A DNA stretch of 43,771 bases from Ancylonema sp. (taxonomy: Eukaryota): positions 62,001-105,771 of the forward strand of contig JBFLGF010000023.1 in assembly GCA_050230475.1 (NCBI GenBank). The letters are read 5' to 3'. Below, one piece after another: positions 11,344-21,520 of this stretch (the stretch's first letter is position 1; every line of letters begins with the position of its first letter). A program made the position numbers and the translations under genes. The notes beneath the pieces were generated by a model that worked only from the letters and a program-made list of their open reading frames with translations, was not told the origin of the DNA and searched no databases.

Positions 11344-12515
11344 CATAATTGGCCTCTCCCGGGGCGGGGAATTTCCCGCCCGTGGCGGGCCCGCCCGGGG
11401 CGGAAAGCGGGGCGGGATTTGCGGGGCGAAGCCATAGGCCTAAATACATTATTATTTTTTGCCGCAATGCGTAGAGATGGTTGGTTTTGTCAAAAAACGA
11501 CTTCTTGCACAATGTGCATCATACGCCACAATACCGACATCATCTGATGTCACCCATGAGTCCGACTCCGTGGCGTGGTGTGGTAGAAAACGATAAAAAT
11601 GAAAATCAAAAACATAAAACTTGAAGATGTACAAAAGAATATCACACGGGTAAAAATGGCAGGCGTACTTAGTGTTATAGAATCTTGAATACTTGTCGGA
11701 TTTGACTTTTAAGAAGATGTACATGATCTACGTGGTCTTGAAGTCCTTTTACAAAAAAACTAAAAAAACCTCTATGGCCCCGCCCCGGGCGGGATTTTTT
11801 CCACCTGGGGCGCCGCCCGGGGCGGAATGTGGGCGGGATTTGCGGGGCGGGGCCAACTACCGTTCTGGCCAACTTTAATACCCCACTAATTAATTATTTA
11901 TGGCTGGGGTGGGGCAAGGAAAATAATTCGAGATTTGAGATTTTGGGGTATTAAGGAGGTCCGGTAATTCGTTTATTGGGACTTGTGGGGTATTATCCTA
12001 ACATTCTGCCAGCCGGGGCAATAACAGCGGCAAGCTCTATATACCAGGGGTTTGTGCCGTTCTTGGCAAAATTCATGTACCAGAATGCATGTGAACATTT
12101 TCGTGCATGTATGCATGGTCATTCCACACAAATGCGAGAAACAATCTCAAAAAACAAATAACGTCAGCCCATGAGCCGAAGAGCCCACGATTCGTGGACC
12201 TCACGTCTCTCAAATCGATTGCGGGGTCATGATTATAAACGCATTTCAATTTTCGAAGCGCGGCTGTCACCTATTACAGACTTTACTGGATATAAGGGCT
12301 ATTATTGAGCCCACTTAGGGTCCATGAATAAATAAAAACCCGTTACCGGGTTGGGGTATTAAGTCGCTGGGGTAATGTTATTAATACATAAAAATAGGAT
12401 GGGGTAAGGGGGTGGGGTAACATTAACTGATTATTTTTGGCTGGGGTAAGGGGGTGGGGCGTGAATAAACATATTGTGTGGGAAAAGGGGTATTAAAGTT
12501 GGCCAGTACGGTATG
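11344..12515. mobile_element. hAT-type MITE with GC-rich (GGGGCGG) subterminal repeats; right TIR split by a mariner-type MITE
   Basis: Left end CATAATTGGCCTCTCCC; right end GGGGCGGGGCCAACTA[insert]TG. Flanks gtgtatat / ttgaatat match 6 of 8. Two similar GC-rich blocks at ~11350-11437 and ~11772-11857. Confidence 0.65.
11860..12511. mobile_element. Tc1/mariner-type MITE
   Basis: TA|CCGTTCTGGCCAACTTTAATACCCC ... GGGGTATTAAAGTTGGCCAGTACGG|TA (25-bp TIR, one mismatch); internal TGGGGTA repeats. Confidence 0.9.
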
Positions 12516-12529
12516 TTGAATATTGATTT

Positions 12530-12770
12530 CCTCATATAATTTATAGCAACCGCCTGTTATCGGTAATTTATGCGTAGAACGTGATTGCAAATATTACCAC
12601 GAAAGCTTATGAGGTCTTCTGATTCAGGTATTGCACGTCCACATGTACCAAAAATATTTTTTGCACGATCTGAGATGTGACGAAATGAATCCACATGTCC
12701 GAACCTCGTTATAAAATGCATATTCGCGAGGTCTCCTATATGAAGGTTTTTAATACACGGTATCAGAAAT
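12530..12770. repeat. Dispersed repeat: diverged inverted copy of the interior of the element at ~19335-19858
   Basis: gtgattgcaaatattaccac...tccacatgtac...gaatccacatgtccgaacctcgttataa...gaggtctcctatat aligns to the reverse complement of ~19420-19610. Confidence 0.75.
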
Positions 12771-12802
12771 ATTCGGAAATATATCAGAAATATGATTGTG
12801 AT

Positions 12803-12990
12803 CATAGTTTGGCGCGCCCAACTAGAAAAAAATACTTTACTAATCGCGTTTACTACCGCTTACTACTATGAGCAACAGCTTGTATTTGTTTTTTTTTTTT
12901 TTTTTTTTTTTTTTGGGCTAGGAGGTGCGCGATGCGCACATGTTGCGAACATGTGCGCCAAACCCGCGCACATTTGCGCGCCAAACTATG
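12803..12990. mobile_element. 188-bp hAT-type MITE
   Basis: TIR CATAGTTTGGCGCGC / GCGCGCCAAACTATG with a perfect 8-bp TSD attgtgat. Related fragments at ~4750-4831 and ~6149-6202. Confidence 0.92.
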
Positions 12991-13189
12991 ATTGTGATCA
13001 TATACTTTTCCGCGGAAAATAAGAAAACCCTAAAAACCACCCGATTCGCACAGTTCCGAACGGATTGCATCTCGGAACCGGTTATAACTTTTTTAAATGG
13101 CCGGTTCGTGCAACTATGTTCCATATCATGTCTAGAGAATCACTAGCACGTAGTGCGCATTATTCGATTGTCCAAAAGATAGTGTGGTA

Positions 13190-13830
13190 CATAGTTGGGC
13201 CACATCCGATTGAACCAAATCTGACGATCTCCAATCCGATCCGGATCGGATCCGCTCCGGATAAGGGCACCGATCATCTAGTGAAAATCGATTGGGGGGG
13301 GGGGGGGGGATTTAATACGCACCAAATGTGGCGTAAAAACCTAAAACCGTTTTTTTGTACATAATTTATACACCCCCCTCCCCCCCTCTAGTCGAATCAG
13401 CCCGATCAGGGAATATCCAATCCGGATCGGGGATCGGGGATCGGATGGGATCGGGTACAAAAATGGTGTGGCGCACCCTTATCGATTTTGTCCAACAAAT
13501 TGTCCACCATGTAGTCTTCCTCAAGAGTACCGTATTTGTGTGGTCTTGCACATCCTATTTCATCCTAGGAAGCACACCAAGGCCAACACCATAGTTGGAC
13601 CTGATCTATACCTATCGCAGAACCGGATCGGACCCCGTCCGGATCGTTGTGGGATCGGAATATTCCGATCGGATCGGGCCCAACAAGGTGAAAATGACAA
13701 GCAATAAAAACATGTTTTTTGGGGTTTTACGCTTTACATGGATGCATGCGAAGTTTTATTTTCCCACCAATTTTCACCTTGTGTTCAGCGCCTTTGGTCT
13801 GAATCGGTGCTAGATCGGGTCCGATCGGGC
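13190..13830. mobile_element. Degenerate hAT-type MITE cluster with GGATCG/CGATCC repeats
   Basis: CATAGTTGG starts at 13190 and 13590; dense ccggatcgg repeats; no clean TSD found. Confidence 0.5.
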
Positions 13831-14183
13831 AAATGCTTTGAGTGCAAGACTTGAACGTCTCAGTCTCTCCTTCAATTTAACTTCTTGAGCCACGAATACA
13901 TTATTTTCTTCATCCCTTTCACCCATTACGTCTTGCATTATATGTCTGCACTATCCGAAAATCCCTTCAAGGGCAACAAGGCCTCAACTTATCAACACCC
14001 TCATCACATCATGAAACAAATCAGATTGAACTTATTGTACAACATCTTGAAGTCACGTTCATACAACAAGATGCATGCCACCACCAAACGGCCACCCCAT
14101 AGTGTGAAGCAAAAGTATTCAATCCGTCCTCCCCCAACCAATCACATCCTTGTGCTTTGTTTATAATACATGAAAGAAGGCAA

Positions 14184-17100
14184 TCAAAAACCCGCATCAT
14201 ATCTCGCACGTTCCTCCGTCTTCCCCAACACTTCATACGCCTCACCAATCCGTTTGAATCGATCCTCCGCCCTCGCTCTCTCCCGCGGATCCTTTTGCCG
14301 TTGATGGTCAGGATGCGTCTCGAGAGCGAGCTTGCGATACGCACTTTTAATCTCCTCTTCTGTGGCGTTCATTGTAACCTCCAACTCTCGATAGTAGCCT
14401 TTGGGATCAGGTGAAATGGACCTCCTCCCCCTCCCTCTCCCTCTCCCCCCTTCTTGCCAACCTTCGTTTTGTTGACTATGTCGATTGCGGAACTCCTAGA
14501 CGAGAAATCCCAAAACCCAACCGGAAGAAGTCGTGAGCATCCACATGATACGCGGTACACTCCATCCAATTGTTGAGAACTATGAATAGTTGATCTCGCC
14601 GATCCTGCACCTCTTCAAACTTTCCAATCAACACATTGGTGCTAAAAATCGTTTCCCTAAAGACACGAGACCGAATATTTTGAGCTTACAACACAAAGAC
14701 AGCCCCCCCCTCTCCAAAAAAAGGAAGCACAACAAGAAAGCAAGGAAGGTCATTTGGATTTCTCACTTCCTTCTTTTGTTCCTCCTCCCACTCCCGTTGA
14801 CGCTGTTGTTCTTGTTGCCTACCACTCGCGTGCCATTCACGCATCGTTTCCATGAAAATCATCTCCAACCCTCCCATAGATCCCACTCTGCGAACCCACA
14901 AACCAAATCCAACCACTCTTTGTACACTCCTCTATAACGAAGACGAAGAAGAAGTAGAAGATGAAGATGAAGAAGAAGAGGTAGAAGAAGAAGGAATAGA
15001 AGAAGGAGAAGGAGAAGGAGAAGGAGAAGGAGAAGGGGAAGAAGAAGGAGAAGGAGAAGGATAAGGGCAAGGGGAAGAAAACATTGATTAAAGATCGAGA
15101 AAAAACAAGAGCCGGTTGTGGATACCCAAAACTTGCACTCCTCTTTCCCTCTTCAAGAAACTTTAACAAAGCGGGTCGGAAGAACCCTAAAGGGGTACAA
15201 CAAAACCCTAGAAGCATGTCCCAAACAAATGGTATCATGGCAACACCTCTCAAAAACAGCGAACTAAAAATCCCAGAATCAGCTCCTTGCACCGTAACTC
15301 TACCAAACCCGTCCTCCAACCCCCCTCCCCCCCCCCCCCCCACCTTCCAACCGCCTCCTTCCACACCCCCCCCTCAACCCACTCCCGCCCATAACCCTCA
15401 AACGCCTCCGGAAACCGTACCCGCTCCTCCGCCACCCGATTCGCCCGACGGATTTCGCGAGCAATGATTTGCATCCTCGGCCCCCATTTCGCCCCCAGGT
15501 ACGCCCCCCCAACCACCATCCCGTACACCACCCCCTCCCAACTCCACAGGGCGGGCAGCCCCAGGGGAGGGACCGAAAACGGGACCCCCAACACCACGCT
15601 CCCCAAAAAGGAGTGCAAAAACGGGAGGCCCAAAACCGCGCCCGCAAGCGCCGCGAGCCCCACTTTCGTTTGGGAGTAGTGGCGTTCTCCCACGACCAAT
15701 CCCGTGGCTCCGTTGACGATTGACTGGAAGCGCCACCCCTCGTGGGTGTCTTCGATGAGGTAGGCGGGGAGGAAGAAGGGGAGGGGGGAGGAGGATTCGT
15801 GGACGATGGAACAACTTAGATTTCGGACGGAATCCGCATTGTAGGCCTGGGGGGATGCAGGTGGGGGGGGGTGCGGGGGAGAGGGGTGAGGTGGGGGGGC
15901 GGAGGGGAGGATGGGAGGTGGGGGGCGGGTGGAGCCTAGATTTTAGGTGGGGGGGGGGAGGGGTACCTCTTTTAGGGCTTGTGCTGCTTTGGTGGGGAGG
16001 GTTTGAGCGGACAGATGGTCGCGGCACAGGGACCAGGCAATGGATCTGGGGGGGGTTGGGGGGTGGGGGGTGGGGGATAGGGGTTGGGAAGTAAGGAGGG
16101 TGTTGGTGGTGATGTTGGTTGAGTGAGTGAAGGGGGAGGGGCGGAATTAGGTTATGTATGGAATGATCTGGATGAGGTTATGATTGATGGACTCAGTTAG
16201 TGATGAAGGTAGAGAGGGGGAGGGGGAGAGAGGGCGGAGAGAGGGTGAATGGGGGGGGGTGGGGGTGGTGTGTGTTCATGATGTGACTGGGGGATGTGAT
16301 TCGTATACATGAAATTGTGGGAAAAGTATGTATAAAAAAAGGATGTATGATATGATGATGGAATATGCTATGTTATTCAGAGTACAAAACAAAAAAGGTG
16401 ATAGGAGATTAGCGAATATGGAAGATACATAAAATATCGAAAATATATATAGAAAATATAAAACTATGGAAAATGTACCCATGGAATAAAAATATCCAAG
16501 ACTAAACTATTCAAGGTACGTTCAAGAAACACGCATACAACGCAGACTATATCGAAGCTTATAAAAAAAAAAAAAATGTCGTTGTTTTTATATGCAAACA
16601 ACTGGAAACAGCTCCAACCCAGACCTGACCCCGCAAGAAAAAACCCTAAATATTAAATCTGAGCCCAAAAAAGAATCTTATGATGAGCCCCAGCCAACCC
16701 TTAGTATAACCCCCAAATAGCCCAAAATAAGAGACCCTTACCCCCCCCATCTTCACTTTGTTAGGGCGAAAGGCTCCACATCAGCAGACGCGAGTTGGGA
16801 GAGGGTGGGGGGGTGGGCGAGCGATGGAGAAGATGAGGCTAGAGGACGCATGAAATCGCGGTCGCGTCTGGGGGGGGGGTGGGGGGTAAAATCTTTATTG
16901 GGGTATGATTAAAAAATTCGTAAAATTCAGGGAGGCTTACCTGTAGGAGGCGTATATCTGGACTTCTTTATCGTTTCTAGTGAAGGTGCAGTTAAAAGTG
17001 AACGGCTCTGACACCTCATGCCAATCAGTGGTGGTCACCTGGCAAGGGGAAAGGGGGATGCAGGTGGAGGTTGGGGACTGGGGAGTGGGGAGGGGGGGGG

Positions 17101-17911
17101 TCGGGAGGAGGTATTGTCATTGATGTTTAGATAAGTACTTGTTATTTATTTATAATAGTAATTTCCCCCTGATATCAATAATCAGTTTACCAGAACTTTT
17201 ACAGGTACAAATATCACTTCCGAATCCCAGTGGCTACTTTTCATTTCATATAAACAAAATGGTGATTAGTTTGAACTTCACCTGCTCAAACCGCTTCTTC
17301 CTCGGGTCCCACTGGTTTGTCACCGACTGATAACCGACCTCGCCAAGGCAACGGATAACAACTGGACCAACGAGAAACAAGACATCCACTTCTCTTCTGA
17401 GACGGATGCAGCAAGGCCTGCTGTAGAGAGCGAGGAAGGCCGTTGTAACGAGTTCAGGTGGCAATATGATATGCGATACACAACAAATCAGGTCCATGTT
17501 GAGGTTCACGACGTGGATATGCGGTTATCGAATGGGGAAGAAAAAAAAAAGTGACTGACATTGTGCATCGAAAACCCAGAACGGTTCCCAGACTTTGGCG
17601 ATGCTCGCCGTCCGTTCCTCCGTCCGCAGAGGTGCGAACACGTGGCCTTTCAGCTCTTTCTGCTGCAGCTGCAGAGCCGCGCTGGCGCTCAACGTGAAAT
17701 CTACTACCATGCTACCGCGTGGCACCTCTCTGGACGTCCACACAGATCTCTGCAATAATGTAAATCCGCTTCCCGGCATCTTACGGGAACTCATCTCACT
17801 GGACACGAGCGACGACTTTGAAAAGTGGTTTCTGTCATAAGACCAAGGAGAAAACGCCCTCGTGCATTCCCGGAGAGCCAAAAATCGGAAGGACCGAAAG
17901 TGCTGCCTCAT
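14184..17911 (-). CDS. ~579-aa protein: putative organellar presequence + uncharacterised domain + hydrophobic segment + C-terminal J-domain. Exons 17911-17560, 17361-17282, 17038-16941, 16867-16757, 16045-15967, 15846-15304, 14931-14767, 14495-14184
   Basis: Phase-consistent GT-AG chain giving ...VVDFTLSASAAL...VFAP...PFWVFDAQF|VIRCLGEVGY...|VTTTDW...QIYASYR|RDRDF...VEPFALTK|SIAW...|AYNADSVR...FLPAYLIE...IVNGATGLVVGERHYS...; ends DPKGYYRELEV...EIKSAYRKLALETHPD...FKRIGEAYEVL...RARYD (HPD intact). The start codon and the exon 6/7 junction are less certain. Confidence 0.8.
14939..15062. repeat. (GAA)n/(GAAGGA)n microsatellite forming the intronic polypyrimidine tract of the minus-strand J-domain gene
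   Basis: Direct reading; on the minus strand it lies just upstream of the acceptor TAG (14934-14932). Confidence 0.85.
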
Positions 17912-18081
17912 CTGCGCACCACCTCTGTTCCACCGTCTGCTCGTCGCCCTAAAATTATTGTTTCCCTCAAATTTGTTGCTCGTACTTGCTCTCACTTGGG
18001 CCCCCATAGACGGGATGGGGTTGTTCTTTTCCCCCGTAATGCCCCGCGTATTAATTTTCGTGAAAAACGTGTGCTCGGGAC

Positions 18082-19197
18082 TAGGGTGGGACCCGCCCGC
18101 CAGAATTGGTGGCGGTCGGCGGTCGGCCGCCCGCCAACCGCCCTGAAACGCTTCCGACCGCCCCGGCCGCCACCCGGCCGGGTTTTCGCCATCCGACCGC
18201 GATTCGGCCGTCCAGCCGCGATTCCGCCGTCCGACCGCCATTATTTGGCGGTTGGACCGGTCGGACAGCGGTGGGGGACCCAAAAAAAAAACGAAAACAT
18301 TAGACGTTTCGTAAAACATAATGGAACACTGAATATATTTATGGTAGCTCCGCATAGGTCATCCGAGTATTGTACACTCTCGCTTTTTCGCGATTGTGAA
18401 TGCTGATTTGTGATCCCGTGTATTGTGAATCATCATGAGGTTTTGATTTGAAACATATATCATTTTAAACTGAGTGGCATTTGGAAACGCTTTGCAGAAA
18501 CAATGTAGAAATGAATCGATGATTGACAATACTCCAATCGTGGAAACATCGCGGCGCACACATTTGATTTTTCCCATGATTTTTTGTCCACAAATGTTAT
18601 GTACTACAACTTCTAGTTTACAAGATAAGATGGTGAAAGTAAATAATTAATTTTGCGTGTAGCCTAGAATCTTTTGTCGTTTTCCGTTTCTCATGTCGTT
18701 ATGATGTGCACTCATAAAAACGGCAACGATGGCACCAGGACGCAAAACCAGGACGCAAAACGATGGAAATCCGACCATTGTTTAGAGAAATAATGATTTT
18801 AATATTGTACATCACCGCCTTCCAACTACAATGCGAACAAAAAGTTAATCCGAACATGTAACCAAGGGAATGAGAAAGTATATTTTAAAAAAAAAACACA
18901 CAAATCAAACTACTTAAGTCAACGCTTACCTCCTCACGGCTCATTCAACCGAACTCCGATCGCCCCGACCGCCGTCCGGCCGCCTCCGACCGCCACCCGA
19001 CCGTTCCGACCGCCACCCGCCCGCGATTCTAGCTAAAACCAACGGCTGGAGGGGCGGTCGGGGCGCGGTCGGACGGCGGTTGGCTGTCGGACGGTCGGAC
19101 GGCGCAATTGCGGGCGGGTGGCTGAAATCCGGGCGGAAGGAGGTCTGCTGAAATGGCGGCCGGCCGACCGGCGGCCGGACGGCGGAAGCCCACCCTA
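18082..19197. mobile_element. 1.1-kb non-autonomous hAT-type element just upstream of the J-domain gene
   Basis: TIR TAGGGTGGG / CCCACCCTA with a perfect 8-bp TSD ctcgggac; CCGACCGCC/GGCGGTCGG subterminal repeats at both ends. A related left-end fragment starts at 37895. Confidence 0.9.
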
Positions 19198-19334
19198 CTC
19201 GGGACGCGTTTTGAAACAAAGCGCGCGCACGAAAATCTTCCAAGGAGTCGAACAACATAGGAGTAACTTTTCCGCGGCGGGAATTCGGCCAAGTGCTCCC
19301 TCGATATGACGACCAAAAAAAAATTGGAAAATTA

Positions 19335-19858
19335 CACACTCAAACCCCGATATAAGAAAACTACAAATGTTGAAGAAAAAGTTTCTAATAGCGAATATTT
19401 CTCATACCGAGCATAAGAAACTTTATATGGGAGACCTCGAAAAGATATTTCTTATAACGAGGTTTGGACACGTGGATTCATATCATCAAATCTTGGAACG
19501 TGCTACTACATTCTTTGTACATGTGGATGTCCTGAATTAAAAGACTTGAAAAGCTTCAGTGATAATATTTGCAATCACGCAATCACGCGGTTGCAAGAAA
19601 TTATGTGAGGAAATAAATTTACGAAGTTTTGATCAATGAAGAATATTTTTTGACGAAATTAATAATTTAGAAGGGTTGTATTACGTGTAAGAAACAAGTA
19701 ATATTAAAACTCGGAACTTTTGTTTCTTATATCGGAGTTTTTGTTTCTTATGCTAAGCGGGAGAGTTTTAGCGAGGAAAATCTAATGTCGAGAATAGAGT
19801 TTCTTTTAGCGGGGAGTTTCTTATATATCGAAGTTTCCTTTATCGGGGATAGAGTGTA
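19335..19858. mobile_element. pogo/Tc1-like MITE
   Basis: Imperfect TIRs cactcaaaccccgatataag / ctttatcggggatagagtg|ta; internal cttatatcg repeats. Confidence 0.6.
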
Positions 19859-20356
19859 GATATGCAATAAACCTGTTTAAATTAATATTGACCAAATAAA
19901 TAACCTTTCTATATCAATAGTTTAATCCGGTCCCGACCTTGGGCGAGTGCAATTAATAACAAACCTCTACAACGTGATAATAGTATTACTTCTCGGTCCC
20001 GCCGACTTGTTAAATTTACGGAATACACACACAATATTTATGCAAATTAGAAGTTGAAAATGTGTGGGAGGAAAAAAAATAAAAGAAAAAAGAACGGAAA
20101 ATAAATTGAAACAATCGAATTAAGAACCTTACCAGTTTATTCCTACAGTAACGCGTATAGATATGGTGGGTTGGCTCATTTTTTCAATGACGTTTATATT
20201 ATTATGATTATGATTATGATTATGGCAATGTGAAAATACGCGTTTGGCTTGATTCCGACCTGGATTTTAACTTTTTTCCCCTCGTATTCACATAGAAACC
20301 GGTTTTTGGGCATTTGGAACCGATCATGTCTTAGGTAAAAACCTATTTTTATTATC

Positions 20357-20823
20357 TACAAGCTTTTGAGTGATTAGACGTGCATGATAATTTGGTGGGC
20401 GACAAAACGAACCATACGCAAAAGGATCTCTATCACTGATGATCAACGAGAGAGGAGTTGCGTGTGTGGACCGAAGTATAATTGTGATCGCATCGGGGAT
20501 GGTAATACCCGATGCGCTTTACAGATTGTTGTGTGCCGACGGTCGGCACAATTGACCGTCGGCCTATCATTGAGTGACAACTCATCTACATGTCAACGGC
20601 ACATGCCGGACATTTCTGACACGAGACTTAACAAGCCAATCACGCGACACGTCATACAAATAACGCGTCTCTAAGTGTCGGCAACATGTCAGGTGCCCGG
20701 ACACAACCGTGCCCGGCCCCGCATATAAGCACATCTCTAGGAATATTGCTCCCGGTTAGAGAGTAACCGGTTACAAGTGGACTAGCAAGCATAAATCATA
20801 TGGCTATCCAAAATATTCCAACA
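20357..20823 (-). repeat. copia 3' LTR (minus strand TGTTGG...GTA)
   Basis: Direct repeat of 26480-26959; adjacent to the PPT. Confidence 0.92.
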
Positions 20824-20832
20824 CACCCCCTC
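20824..20832 (-). other. Polypurine tract
   Basis: Minus strand GAGGGGGTG directly before TGTTGG of the 3' LTR. Confidence 0.85.
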
Positions 20833-21520
20833 GGATGCCATGCTAGAGTTGGCATAGATGTAGACATCCAAAGGACTACCCTAGTTACTGCTAAATCATG
20901 GCAGAACCATCGCATAGCATATAAAGCAGTTTGGTCTTTCCTAGCATACAAGCGTGCTAGGGGGCCCTATCTATAAATGCAGCCGTTCGGAAGCCGATCG
21001 GAACTCCATGAAGTCGAAAGCTCCAGATCCTTAGTCGTTTTTCAGGCCGAAGCCCTGAACATACAAACAAATACCACAAGTTTAGGCGAAAAACAAAAAA
21101 ACTTAATGAAAATATTTTTGATTTTTTTAACTTTTTTCAACTTTATGATTCTCAAAATTTTTATACACTTTCCAGTCAGAAAAATCTCAAAACAGCATAA
21201 CTTCAAAATTATACCACCCAGTCCCCTATCAGCACCAACTTTTGACACAAGTTTTGCAACAATGATTAAAACATACATTCGAAAATTCATCAAAACAAAC
21301 TGACAAGTTTAAATTTGAGCAGATCCGCACTTTCTCATCTTACAGTGTCTTTAAGTGTCCTTAAGTGTTTTCAAGTGTTCTTTTCAAGGTATTAAGGTAA
21401 GAGTGTGACTTAGCTGGATGAGCTAAAGTTGTTGTACCCTCCCCATTACTTCTGCATGCATGCACATGGCATTCGAAACCTCTGATAATAAAAATAAAAG
21501 AAAGGACTGACACCCCCATT

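Noticed and set aside
14184..14384. Stand-alone 66-aa J-domain microprotein
   Set aside because: The frame extends to an acceptor at 14495 and joins upstream exons in phase.
14852..15064. Glu/Gly-rich plus-strand ORF
   Set aside because: Translation of an intronic GAA/GAAGGA microsatellite antisense to the J-domain gene.
15084..16094. Pro-rich and Gly-rich extensin-like ORFs
   Set aside because: Antisense or off-frame readings of GC-skewed exons and C-run introns of the J-domain gene.
17912..18355. N-terminal extension of ORF 17525-18355
   Set aside because: It runs into the GC-rich end of a TSD-bounded hAT element; ATG 17911 gives a more plausible presequence.
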